Counted from the stretch's first letter, positions 1 through 12,469 are shown. The stretch: 64,000 nucleotides of DNA from Octopus bimaculoides (GCF_001194135.2 NC_068996.1:47035405-47099404), one strand, 5' to 3'. Translations and numbers: made by a program. Notes: generated from the sequence alone by a model not told the origin.

Positions 1-34
<34 letters not shown>

Positions 35-69
35 CATGTATGTTTGTGTTTGTGTGTGTGTTTGTTTGT

Positions 70-272
70 TTGTGTCTGTGTTTGTCCCCCACCACCGTTT
101 GGCAACTGGTGTTAATGTGTTTACATCCCAATAGCTTACCAAAAGAGACCGATACAACTGGTACCAGGCTCATTTAAGTACTGGGGTTGATTCATTTCAC
201 TAAAAGTTCTTCAATGTGGTGCCCCAGCATGGCCACAGCCTAATAACTGAAACAAGTAAAAGATAAAAGAAA
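70..272 (+). mobile_element. SINE family A, 3' half
   Basis: tgtttgtcccc...aagagaccgata...ggtgccccagcatggccacag...actgaaacaagtaaaaga tail, shared with many copies in the window. Confidence 0.8.
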
Positions 273-282
273 ATCTATCTAT

Positions 283-290
283 TTATCTAA

Positions 291-324
<34 letters not shown>

Positions 325-338
325 ATATATTTATCTAT

Positions 339-390
<52 letters not shown>

Positions 391-1350
391 CTACACATTC
401 ACACACATATAAACACACATGCACACACCACACACATATATATATATACATGCATGTATGTATTTGTGTATTTAAATACACATATCTTTGTAATAAAATT
501 GCATATGTATATATGATGTGTATATTTCTAAGAATAAAACTGAATAGAACTTGTATAATAAAGTGTGTGGGTGGGAGCAGTATTTATGCATTGAAGTTGT
601 GCTAATATGAAGTGTATCTATTCCATTCCAACATAGTAAAATTGAAGCATTACTGTCCATCAGAGAAGTAATTAAATATAGTTATGAGTCTCTTGTTTGT
701 TTGTTTTTTTTTTGTTGCTGTTATTTTATTTTTTTAATATTTATGAGATGAAAATGATATGTTCATAAAATATGTTATGAAGTAGCTGTTCAGAGATGTC
801 TTGTAATAAAGTTCCTCTTTTGAGTTGTCTATTTAAAGCATGAAATGTATGCTTGTATGTATGTATGTGTGTATGTATGTATGTATGTATGTATGTGTGT
901 ATGTATGTATGCATGCATGTATGTATGCATGTATGTATTTATGTATGTATGTATGAATGTATGTTTGTATGTATGGATGAGTGTATGTATATATCTATGG
1001 ATGGGTGTATACATGTATGTATGTATGTATGTATGTATGTATGTATGAATGTATGTGCATGTGTGTGTGTATGTATGTATGTATGTATGCATGCATGTAT
1101 GTATGTGATCATGTATGTATCTATGTAGATATATATGCATTTGTGTATACATATGTGTGTGTGTGAGTGTGTGTATGTGTGTTATATATATATATATGTA
1201 TCTATGTATATATGTATATATATGCATGTGTGTATACATATGTGTATGTGTGAGTGTGTGTGTGTGTAATATATGTATATATACATATAAAAATATATAT
1301 ATATATGTATGCATGTATCTATGTATATATGTACATGTGTGTGTGTGTGT

Positions 1351-1397
<47 letters not shown>

Positions 1398-1410
1398 TGT
1401 GCTCTACACT
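283..1410. repeat. Microsatellite block: (ATCT)n 283-392, (ATGT)n and (GT/AT)n 845-1410
   Basis: Directly visible simple repeats. Confidence 0.95.
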
Positions 1411-1913
1411 ATTAAGCTATAAAGACATCATTGTTGCGTGATATTAGTCGATTATATTTTTTTGTTTCGTTAATTTATGGCAATGTAATAATCTCAGAAT
1501 ATATCTAAATTTCTCACTAAAAAAAAAAGACAACACGCACACACATAAGAAGCAATCTACTCCCACCCCCTCATTTGCCCACCACTATCCTTCGCCCCCT
1601 TTTCTCATTCGACCCCCTTCTCTCATTCATCCCCCTCTCATTGCCCTCCACCAAAACAAAAAAACAGCCAAAGACTAAAAAGAGAATAAAACATGCTGCA
1701 ACTATGCTGCTTGGCTTAACCCTAACCCTAACCCACCACCACCACATATATAAAAAAAAAAGCAAGACACGTTGATACATGGGTGAGTGTTTGAATGCAG
1801 GCAAGGATTCTTACTGAACAGATCTATGGTGAAAGCAATTCTGGTCCCTGCTTGATTGAATTTTTGTTTATTTTTGAAGCATAGGTGAAAATAGGACTAT
1901 GTCATTCATCTTG

Positions 1914-2145
1914 TATCTTTTACTTGTTTCAGTTGTTAGATTACGGCCATGCTGGGGCAACACCTTGAAGAATTTTTTTTTAGTCAAATGAATCAACTCC
2001 AGTACTATTTTTGTTAAGCCTGGTACTTATTCTATCAATATCTTTTTGCCAAACTGCTAAGTTATGGAGATGTAAACACACCTTCACCAGTTGTCAAGAG
2101 GTGGTGGGGGAACAGACACAAACAGAAAGATGCACACACACATGT

Positions 2146-2191
<46 letters not shown>

Positions 2192-2360
2192 TCATACAAC
2201 AGGCTTCTTTCAGTTTCCGTCTACCAAATCCACTCACAAGGCTTTGGTTGGTCCGAGGCTATAGTAGAAGACACTTGCCCAAGATACCATGCAGTGGGAC
2301 TGAACCCAGAGCCATGTAGTTGGGAAGCAAGCTTCTTACAGCACACCTACGTCTGTGCCT
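1914..2360 (-). mobile_element. SINE family A, full length with internal (CA)n
   Basis: Reverse complement gives a tRNA-like head (tgtaagaagcttgcttcccaac...ggttcagtcccactg), central cttgggcaagtgtcttctactatagcc, a microsatellite and the common tail. Confidence 0.85.
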
Positions 2361-2613
2361 ATTGTTAACATTTTTGTTTTTAATTTGGTAGATGTGTATT
2401 GTGTGGAAGATACAGCTGCTATTTCTAGGAATTGATGTGACCATCTAAAAGGGCACTCATTTAATTGAGAAGTTGTCCTCATACTTATAAATTTATTATA
2501 TATTCTTGATACAGTTATATCTCAACTTAGGCCAACAATTGGTTCCAAGACATGCAATTTAACCCGAAAAAAAGAACGACTCAAGATACATTCAACCCTT
2601 TAGCATTTAAACT

Positions 2614-2920
2614 GGAGGCGCAATGGCCCAGTGATTAGGGCAGCGGACTCACGGTTGGAGGATCGCAGTGTCGATTCCCAGACCGGGCATTGTGTGTGTT
2701 TATTGAGCGAAAACACTTAAAAGCTCCACGAGGCTCCGGCAGGGAGTGGTGGCGACCCCTGTTATACTCTTTCGCCCCAACTTTCTTTCACTCTTTCTTC
2801 CTGTTTCTTGAGTAACTCTGTGATGGACTGGCATCCTGTCCAGCTGGGGAGAACACATACACCATAGAAACCGGGAAACCGGGCCCATGAGCCTGGCTAG
2901 GCTTGAAAAAGGGCGCATAT
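2614..2920 (+). mobile_element. tRNA-derived SINE family B inserted in a CCCTTTAGCATT-type MITE (MITE start 2596, remainder ~2930-3110)
   Basis: Head ggaggcgcaatggcccagtgattagggcagcggactc...tcgattccc (A/B boxes); homologous copies at 46645-46866 and 53748-54135. Confidence 0.8.
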
Positions 2921-3599
2921 ATAAATAAATTCCACCAAAATACTTTATCTGTTTTGTGGTCAGACCAACTACATTTGATGTCTCACACCTACCCTACAAT
3001 GCTATGCTAAAAGTAAACGATCTTATTATCAAATCTTGAAGTTTTAAGATTATGTGTGATTAATTTCAAAACATTTGACAGAATAATCTGAACGATAATT
3101 GGTAAAATAATTCATTAGGTTATAGGTGTTGGCTTGGCTGTATTGTAAGAATAGGCATGGGTGTGGCCGTGTGGTAAGAAGCTTGCTTCGCAACCACATG
3201 GTTCTGAGTTCAGTCCTTCTGCATAGCACCTTGGGCTGTTGTGTCTTCCTTGGGTGTGTGGGTTTCAGTGGAATGGTAATTAAGTTTTTCTGTCTTGGTT
3301 GGTATTGAGAGGTGTTTTAGAGAAATTTTTATTGATTAAATTTGGGGTTATGTTATTGTTTAGAATTTATTTGTGTACTTAGAACTTGGACCAACCAAAA
3401 TTTCTAGAGGAGATTTGGTAGATGGAAACTGAAAGAAGCCTGTCTGTGGACTTTGCTTCTGCTATTTCTCCTTGCACTCACCCCACCCTTACCATCTCCT
3501 GTTTCCTCTCACCTACCACCCCTTCACCCTACCCCTCCAATGCACCATTCTCTGAGCTTTCCAGTGACTCCAGTCTGACCCTCCACCTCATACATCTTC

Positions 3600-4880
3600 C
3601 CTATCCTGTCCGTTCCCTCCTTCAAACGACCCCATAACCTGTGTGACCTCCTGGTCCAGTTTCTTCCCTACTCCCACCTGCCAGCCTGGTTCCTTTCCCT
3701 GCTCCTGCCCACACTGCTTCTACCTCTCCAACACCCCCACCATCCTCACAGGCATCCATCACTGACTCCTTTACCTAGACCTCTAGTAATGTTATTTACT
3801 GCATCTTCAGGTCTCTCTTTTCTTCCCGCTTGTTCTGACTGGTTCGTGGAATACCTCCAAGACATCAAACTCGGCAATGACATCCAGGTCTCGCACTACT
3901 TCCACTCTACTGGTCATTCACTGCAACATCTGTCTGTGTTCAGAATGTCTTCGTTCCTTTGCTCCATATTGGCTCAACTCACCTACTCACTTCATCTGAC
4001 ACCAACCCCACATGAATTCTCACACACTTCTTACATTCAACTGTCCCCTCCACCTACACACCTTCATACCACCTACCTTGGTACCCTCATCATACACAAA
4101 CCACTAAACAAACAACCATACATACTGTTCAACTCATTACTCATTTCACACACCATTACACACACACATACCAACAAACACTTTCCCACTCCACACACAT
4201 TGGCACCAACAACTTCTCAGCACCCACACCACACACAATCTTTAATAGTGTCACCTCACATATCACTATACGTGCAGCCCCACACACTGTTTAACTCAGT
4301 ACACACACCACACACCATCATGCACACTCCCACATCCACACAAGCACATAATACCTGAACACAAACAATATATACATACATGCATAAACATATGCAACAT
4401 GCATAAACACATAACTTTTGCCCACAAGCATACACTATATATATGCACACTAATTGGTCATACACACACACAGACACACACATGCATGTACACTCACCAT
4501 TTGAAAAAGCACATATCAACTGCTACACACAACACACACATTACACATGTACACACACACACACACACGCGCACATGTCAGACTCACTCGCCCCCATTCA
4601 CACATACATACTCATACACACAATTCTCACATACACACACACACACACATGCTCATGCACGTTAGTTTGTTGAGATCACCATTATTATCTTCCTTTCATT
4701 CAACCTCTTTTTTATTATTATCTCCCTTTCATTCAACCTCTTTTTCTCCCAGTCATATGCCATGATGGACCGCTGAACTCTGCACTGTTTTTTTCTCTCT
4801 CTGTATTTTTCATTCTCTCTCCATTTTTTCTTTCTTATTCCTTTCTTTGGAAGAGCGTAGGCTCAAAACATAAATTTGAA
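3600..4880 (+). mobile_element. Degenerate Penelope-like (Neptune-type) 3' remnant: GIY-YIG endonuclease plus terminal repeat region
   Basis: Translations NLCDLLV (3636), TDSFT*TSSNVIYCIF (3761) and DWFVEYLQDIKLGNDIQVSHYFHSTGHSLQHLSV resemble PLE GIY-YIG motifs. The 4755-4875 segment is shared with 13925-14110 and 43945-44090. Confidence 0.65.
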
Positions 4881-6074
4881 CTATATATTATACGCTCACC
4901 TGGTTACCCTAGATTAATCCTGCTCGACTGAACTTCTTACTTCCTTGGACTTGCATCTTAACTACTTCCCGAACTTTCAGCACCTCACTTCATCCACATA
5001 CTACCTGGATTGCACAAGAAACTGGTAGGGAAAATGATAAGTCCTAGGGTTAACTCATTTGACTAAAAATTCTTCAAGGTGGTGCCCCAGCATGGTCGCA
5101 GTCTAACAACTGAAACAAGTAAAAGATAAAAGGAAAATTATGACATTTGTTTTAATAAATGATTTTTGCAAGTATTTCATTTGATTTTCCTCTTCAGTAT
5201 TGGGTTTTAGGTAGGGATTTTTTAATTTCTATACTTTTAAAATAATGTTCAATGAGACTTAGATAAAATCAGATAAATTGACTCAAGTTTAGGTAGGTTT
5301 ATTACTTAAAAATGTGCTCCAGTATGGCCACAGACTTAGGTCTGAAACATATAAAAGAATAAAAAAAAAGACAATGACATAAAGTCAAAAAAGACAAAAC
5401 TCAAAATGACATCCGTTGAGGTATACTTGTGATTCTTTCATTAATTTTAATCTCAGTTGTATATAGCCCACAACATCATTTGCCAACAGTCTGTGTTTTC
5501 TCTATTGCCAGAGCCTATGGGGTAGAAGACCACTTGTCTGATAATAATAGAAAATAGATAAAGCTACAGTGAATTAACATCTCAGTGGCACCACCAACCT
5601 GTCTTTGCTTCCGTGAGAGCTTCTAGATGGTTTCTCAGTCTACTTGATATAGCAGTTTGATCTTTCTTCTTGGCCTTGAGTTGTCCAGGTTTGTGTGGGA
5701 GTGACATTTGGAAGTTGGAAAGTATGGAAACCTGTTGGAAAGCTTGTTTGGGGAACTGTTACTGTTCTTGGGTGGCGGTGGTGGTGGTGGTCTTAATTTT
5801 CTGCCTTGTTTAACGACACCAGGTGGCTCGTGCAGTATCTTTAATGCAGTTTACTAGCTTGCAAGCATTTAGCTAGATCTCTAATCATTTCCTCCCAAAA
5901 ATTGTGGAGGCCTTGAAGGCATCTTCTGAAAGAAAGAAATCAAACCCTACTGCTTTAAATAAAGATATAATGGACAATGTGGACTCTTGTGGACTGTCCG
6001 GTTGTAATATTTGACTAGGTGCAGGTGCAGTGGGTGTATTTGATATACGGAAACTGAAATAAGACCGTTACATA

Positions 6075-7324
6075 CAGGGGTTGGACAAAATAATGGAAAT
6101 GCCTTAAAATTTCAAGCAATTTTATTTTAATATGGGGTAGGACCGCTTTTGGCAGTAATTACAGCTTGAATTCTATGAGGTATGAACTCGTACAAAGTTT
6201 GAATTGTTTCCAAAGGAATTTTTGTCCATTCTTCAGCTAAAACAGTCTCCAGTTCTTGTAATGATAATGGTGGAGGATATCGACTCCTTACTTGGTTTTC
6301 TAAAATGTACCATAAATGTTCAATAATATTGAGATCTGGGGACTGTGGTGGCCAGATAAGATGTTCAACTTCATGAGAATGTTCTTCATGCCATTCAGTA
6401 ACAACTTTAGCTGTGTGAATTGGTGCATTATCATCCTGAAAGATTGCATTTTCTTCCGGAAACATTTCCACGACCATAGAATAAATTTGATCAGATAAAA
6501 TGCTTTAATTGTCTTGACTATTAATTCTGCCATGAAGGGAAACCATTGGAAACCCCACTCCCCAGATCATCACAGATCCTCCTCCATCTTTAACAGTTGG
6601 AAGCAAGCAGTCTGGATCAAATGCTTCTTTTGGCTGTCTCCACATGTATACTTGGCCGGGGTAAGAAAAAAGGTAAAGAATGACTTTTCTGAGAAAATAA
6701 TGATCTTCCACTGCTCTAGGGGTCAATTCTGTAGGTTTTTACTCCACTTGAAATACTTTGCAACGTTTGTTTTCGGAAGTGGTGGTTTTCTTATTGCAGC
6801 CCTCCTGTGAAATCCGGCTTTGTGCAGCTCCCAGCGAACAGTTTTTGTGGAAGCTTGGTTCTCGAGGTGGTCATTAAGCTCTGCAGTAATTTTGGGAGCT
6901 GTACTTTTGTGATCCTTTCTAAAAATTCATGTAAGAGTCCAACGATCCCTATCTGAAAGTTTTTGTTTTCTTCCAGAGTTTTGTTTTGACAAGGAGGTTT
7001 TTCTCTCTTTCACAAAGGCTGTCATTACTTTCAAGACAGTACTTTATTATACATTAAACATTTTGGCTGTTTTCATTACGCTATTGTCTGCCATACGAGC
7101 ACCAACAGTTTGACCTATTTGAATGTCTGACAGATCTGTCATTTTAATGAATTTTAATTATCTTTTTCTGATTAAATCTGAAAAGAAACAGCAATTTGAG
7201 CAAAACATATTTAGCAACACTAATAATAAATCAAAAAACATAAAAATAAACAAGCTTTTGATGGTTTTATAGATATCTCAAAATTATAATGCTATGATGT
7301 TAGGTGTTTCTATTATTTTGTCCA
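6075..7324 (-). mobile_element. Tc1-type DNA transposon with DD36E spacing (Incomer-like), transposase pseudogene 6127-7142
   Basis: TA then left TIR caggggttggacaaaataatggaaatgcct; right TIR aggtgtttctattattttgtcca runs into a gap. ORF starts MTDLSDIQIGQTVGARMA with stops and frameshifts; FQDDNAPIH...WPPQSPDLNIIE has 36 residues between D and E. Confidence 0.9.
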
Positions 7325-8039
7325 NNNNNNNNNNNNNNNNNNNNNNNNNNNNNNNNNNNNNNNNNNNNNNNNNNNNNNNNNNNNNNNNNNNNNNNNNNNN
7401 NNNNNNNNNNNNNNNNNNNNNNNNNNNNNNNNNNNNNNNNNNNNNNNNNNNNNNNNNNNNNNNNNNNNNNNNNNNNNNNNNNNNNNNNNNNNNNNNNNNN
7501 NNNNNNNNNNNNNNNNNNNNNNNNNNNNNNNNNNNNNNNNNNNNNNNNNNNNNNNNNNNNNNNNNNNNNNNNNNNNNNNNNNNNNNNNNNNNNNNNNNNN
7601 NNNNATACATACATACATACATACATACATATTTATATGTAATATATTTATGTCTTTGTGTCTGTGTTTGCCCCCCCCCCATCACTTGACAACTGATGTT
7701 GGTATGTTTATGTTCCTGTAACTTAGCAGTTTGGCAATAGAGACTGATAAAATAAATACTAGGCTAGGCCTACAAAGAATAAGTCCTGTGGTTGATTTCT
7801 TTGACTAAAAAAGGAAAACCTTTAAGGCAGTGCTCCAGCATGGCTCAGTCAAAAATGATTGGAACAAATAAAAGAATAAAAGAATAGTATTTCAATTTAT
7901 TGACCTTGGAATGGTGAACAAGAAAGTTAGCCTTGGCAGGATTTGAAACCCAGGACATAAAATGCCCTACCATATACAGCAAGGCATTTTCTTTGATATT
8001 TTTACTGATTCTACCACCTTGTAATATTTACAATAATGG

Positions 8040-8272
8040 TAAGTGGTGAGTTGGCAGAAATCTTAGAACATTGGACAAAATGCTTATCAACATTTCATCC
8101 AGTTTCACATTCTGAGTTCAAATTCTGCCGAGGTCAACTTTGCTTTTCATCCTTTAGTGGGTGGGGGTCATTGAAATAAAAAAAACAGTTGAACACCGAG
8201 ATCGGTGTAATTGATTTACCCCCTGCCCTGAAATTGCTGGCCCTGTGCCAAAATTTGAAACCGATATTTGCA
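8040..8272 (+). mobile_element. SINE family E
   Basis: gtgagttggcagaa...ttctgagttcaaattctgccgaggtcaactttgcttttcatcc; related copies at 7890-8010 (-), 56560-56780 (+) and 60985-61120 (-). Confidence 0.65.
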
Positions 8273-8893
8273 ATAATGGTGTTTATAAAGTGAGTGTATG
8301 TTGTAATAAGAGAAGATACTTAAAAAAAAAATTTTTTTTAAACAATGGTAGAGGAGAAACAAAAAAAAATGGGGAAAAAAGTCATAACTCTCTCTCTCTC
8401 TCTTTCTTACTATCTCTCTTTGTCTTACTATCTCTCTCTCTCACTCTCTTTCTCTATGTCACTCTTTGTCAGTCTCCTCTGTCACCCCTTTCTATCTGTC
8501 TGTCTCTCTCCCTGTCACTCCCTGTGTGTGTGTGTCTCTCTCTGTTTCAGTCTTTCTCCCTTTTTGTCTGTCTGTCTGTCTTTGTCTGTCTTTGTCTGTC
8601 TCTCTCTTTCTCTCTCTCTCTTTCTCAATCAATCACCCTCGACAAGGTTTAGAAAATGTAATACTATAACCTTCATGTTGGACAAAAGGCTTTGCTATCT
8701 TCGGCTACATTCCTCTGAAATTTAGAGTCTAAAATTTCATTTCCTGAGCTCAAATCTCACACAAGCTCACTTTCTCATTGTGAGATTTAAAAATAGTAAT
8801 TTTCTAATTTATATATCAGTGACTAGTTGTCACTTTGAAAACTATACATTTTGAATGGGAATTTGGCAGTGCCACCTCTAGCCGAACAATTAT

Positions 8894-8938
8894 TCTGTGC
8901 TGATGAAGGGAAATAACCCAGAAATCGCGATACACAGA
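8894..8938 (+). ncRNA. Minimal type I hammerhead ribozyme motif
   Basis: UCUGUG CUGAUGA A-GGG AAAUAA CCC-A GAA AUCGCGAU A^ CACAGA: perfect 6-bp stem I, intact core, palindromic stem III. Confidence 0.75.
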
Positions 8939-9294
8939 TATTGTTTTGAGCTGAGTGGGGGTGCTAGATTCCCTTGTTCGAAAATATAAGGACACAGATC
9001 ATGTCGTATAGCCAGCTGGAAACGATGTCTCCTGGGGCTAAATTACAACAACATTCATCCTAAACCAGGACTGCCATGTTATGATGGCAAACAATCTTTA
9101 CTCCAAGTTCACTTTCATTTTACAGAAGCATGAGTTTGAGTGTGTATGTGAGAGAGGAGGTGGATTGTCAATAAAACAAAAGTACTAATCCAACTATAAC
9201 CCTAACCATCTCGTAAAATTCTTGGCTGTATACCAATGTTATAAATCATTTGTTATATTTTATTTACAATTATGGTATTTTAATTTTCTTGCAG

Positions 9295-9465
9295 CCTGAA
9301 ATCATAAGCAGCTTGATAGTGGTCGATGTTGCTCCATCTGTGAGTCCATCAGTTGATGTGTTTCCATTCTACGCTACGGCAATGAAAAACGTCTCGATAG
9401 ACCCGGCTATGAATATTGTCCAAGCTCGTAAAAGTGTCAGCGATCAGTTACAACCTGTCCTAAAA
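9295..9465 (+). CDS. ABHD11: Internal exon of ABHD11-like alpha/beta-hydrolase (PEIISSLIVVDVAPSVSPSVDVFPFYATAMKNVSIDPAMNIVQARKSVSDQLQPVLK)
   Basis: Polypyrimidine acceptor ttttcttgcag|CCT and donor AAA|gtaagt; 171 bp, phase 0/0. The 57 aa align by eye, without gaps, to the recalled human ABHD11 segment PELVERLIAVDISP...ARKLADEQLSSVIQ. Confidence 0.93.
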
Positions 9466-9994
9466 GTAAGTATAGATCATGATAATGTTGTTGCTGTTAT
9501 TGTTTCTCTTCTCAGGTACATCGTTTTCTCTCTTGAGTTTCCCTGTTATTCATGTTCTTTTATTCTGAGAGCTTCTTTCCTTGAACTGCTTCTTTTCAAT
9601 CGCATCACCATTGTTTTGTTTTCTTCTGGGCTATGATATTTAGTCCTTTAAGATTTCTGTCAATTGACATCTTTTTAATTTGTCAGCCCCTTCCTTTGCC
9701 TTCTTTGTAGTCTTTTACACTATAGTAGGCTCAAGTCTTGTTTGGAACAAAATTGTGTGTATGTGTGTTTATATATATATGAATGTGTGTGTGTGTGTTA
9801 AAATAAGATAACAAGGATAAGGCATTTTATTTTATTTCACCTATATACACTCTCACACAACCTGCCTTAGAATCCTCACTCATGTTATTATTGAATCGGG
9901 AGTTTTACACCGGTCTTTTCATAGCACTCACATAGCCTTGCCTGTCTTGTGGGTCTTCTGGATACCAAAACATCTTATATATATACATATATAT

Positions 9995-10480
9995 ATATAA
10001 TACAAAATGGGACAAGAACGCAAAACATCCAGACAGTTAGGTGATACAAAAAAGGAATGACAAAACACCCAGATAGACGATACAAAGAAAACAAGGATAG
10101 GTCATTCAGACTTTTCTTTCCTCAGTCGAGTTCCAGATTATCTTTACAATTTTGGCTAACCACACTTAAGATTGCTCCAATCTGGGCAGCCCCAAGGAAA
10201 AACTAAGCTAAAAGCATTAGATTCCTTGGAAGAAAGCAGTGAATGTATACGAAAACAAGGACGGAAAAATAAACAGAGAATGTTATACAAATACAAATAA
10301 CAGGACATTAACAACAGATGTCTTTCGACTAAAGATGAATTAAATTAAGCTGACATGTGTGGAAATAAAGCCTTATGGTAGGGATACAAGATTTGACAGG
10401 CACAAGGAAGAATATAGATGTTGCACGGCTGATGGCCGAACCAAGAGAGAAAGATCAGGTTTCGCTGAACATCGGTCACG
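9995..10480 (-). mobile_element. Degenerate PLE-like terminal fragment
   Basis: Purine-rich terminal sequence resembling 28680-28860, a decayed CUGAGGA...GAA motif at ~10100-10130 (-), and a VQHL motif similar to the 3900 region. Confidence 0.35.
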
Positions 10481-11459
10481 TGGGGACAGAAGAGAGAGAG
10501 GTAGAGGCAGAGGGACAGAAGAATTAAGGAAGGGTGAGAAAAACTGACAGGGACACAGTGAAGTGAAAAGTGAAGGGAAAGTGAGCAAGAAGAGAAGGCA
10601 GGGAAATGTAAGAGATGGGGAATGACAGAACGAAGAGTGGAATGAACGAAAAAGGGTGAAGGGGCTGATAGACAGAAATAGAGTCATACAAGATTTAGAA
10701 AAATGCATACTTACATATAAGAGACCAAAGTGCACATATGCTGCTATATANNNNNNNNNNNNNNNNNNNNNNNNNNNNNNNNNNNNNNNNNNNNNNNNNN
10801 NNNNNNNNNNNNNNNNNNNNNNNNNNNNNNNNNNNNNNNNNNNNNNNNNNNNNNNNNNNNNNNNNNNNNNNNNNNNNNNNNNNNNNNNNNNNNNNNNNNN
10901 NNNNNNNNNNNNNNNNNNNNNNNNNNNNNNNNNNNNNNNNNNNNNNNNNNNNNNNNNNNNNNNNNNNNNNNNNNNNNNNNNNNNNNNNNNNNNNNNNNNN
11001 NNNNNNNNNNNNNNNNNNNNNNNNNNNNNNNNNNNNNNNNNNNNNNNNNNNNNNNNNNNNNNNNNNNNNNNNNNNNNNNNNNNNNNNNNNNNNNNNNNNN
11101 NNNNNNNNNNNNNNNNNNNNNNNNNNNNNNNNNNNNNNNNNNNNNNNNNNNNNNNNNNNNNNNNNNNNNNNNNNNNNNNNNNNNNNNNNNNNNNNNNNNN
11201 NNNNNNNNNNNNNNNNNNNNNNNNNNNNNNNNNNNNNNNNNNNNNNNNNNNNNNNNNNNNNNNNNNNNNNNNNNNNNNNNNNNNNNNNNNNNNNNNNNNN
11301 NNNNNNNNNNNNNNNNNNNNNNNNNNNNNNNNNNNNNNNNNNNNNNNNNNNNNNNNNNNNNNNNNNNNNNNNNNNNNNNNNNNNNNNNNNNNNNNNNNNN
11401 NNNNNNNNNNNNNNNNNNNNNNNNNNNNNNNNNNNNNNNNNNNNNNNNNNNNNNNNNNN

Positions 11460-11813
11460 TGGAAAGATCACATCACAGAAGATCGAAGAGCTTGGTTGGG
11501 AAAAAATTCCTCATCTACCTTATTCTCCCGACCTTGCCCCTTCAGACTACCACTTGTTTCGTAGCTTACAGAATCATTTGGGGGACATAACTTTCGCAAG
11601 CCAGGAGGAGGTCGAAACTGACAATTCAGAGTTCTTCGCTTTGAAACCAAAAGAGTTTTACATTGATGGGATTAAAAAGCTTGTAAATAGATGGAAGGAA
11701 GTCATAGATAATCAGGGAAAGTACATTGATGATTAAATTTCAATTAAATATATCATTTGATCACTTGTTTTCTTTATTCAAAATTCGGACAGAACTTATG
11801 GAATGACCTGATA
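11460..11813 (+). mobile_element. Mariner transposon 3' end (5' part lost or in gap)
   Basis: ELGWEKIPHLPYSPDLAPSDYHLFRSLQNHL...GIKKLVNRWKEVIDNQGKYIDD* followed by TIR ...gaacttatggaatgacctgata+TA. Confidence 0.9.
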
Positions 11814-12311
11814 TATTTAGGTCTTTTGAACTTTTACTGTATTTGAAACTAACTGTTGTTCAATACTATCTCTTAGTTTAATCTTTATACCTGCAACTGT
11901 ATGTTCTTTATTGAATTCATTTTTATTATATTTTATTTTTTTATATGAATTTTTAGGCACTTTTAAATTGTTTTATTTTCATATGTAATTACTTTACTTC
12001 CTCACCTATCCTTTTCTGTCTTTTATTAACATTAAGGATGGTCAATTCCAGCACCTTAATTGATGTAAAAAATTAATATTTATATTTAGTGTTAATGACT
12101 ATACCAAGCTAGCTTTATCTAGCATTGGTCTTCCATATATTGTATATTTAAATGATAAATTATGTATGTATGCATAGAATTGAAGTATTGGTGTGACCAT
12201 GATTTTCTAGTGATCTGATGAGCAAGCTTCCTTTATCTGCACCAATTTGTAAATAAATAGTTGTATAATGCATAATAGGCATATTAGTGCAAACATAGAG
12301 CATAATTTATT

Positions 12312-12469
12312 GTAGGCACAGGATTGGCTGTGTGGTAAGCTTCCAACCACATGGTTCTGGGTTCAGTCCCACTGTGAGGCATCTTGAATAGGTGTCTTCT
12401 ACTATAGCTTCAGGCTGACCAAAGCCTTGTGAGTGGATTTCGTAGACGGAAAACTGAAAGAAGCCCATC

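Noticed and set aside
829-1441. Long ORFs such as MHTYIYIF..., MYVCMYV..., and poly-His, poly-Ile, poly-Thr or poly-Asp ORFs at 15937-16567, 22881-23270, 51238-52194 and 61697-62522
   Set aside because: They are translations of di-, tri- and tetranucleotide microsatellites; no coding signal.
1714-1732. (TTAGGG)-like repeat ttaaccctaaccctaaccc
   Set aside because: Only about three units; not distinguishable from chance or low-complexity sequence.
10656-11564. Hundreds-of-aa ORFs spanning N-runs throughout the track
   Set aside because: They are open only because N codons contain no stop; only the mariner, RTE and GIY-YIG parts flanking gaps are real.
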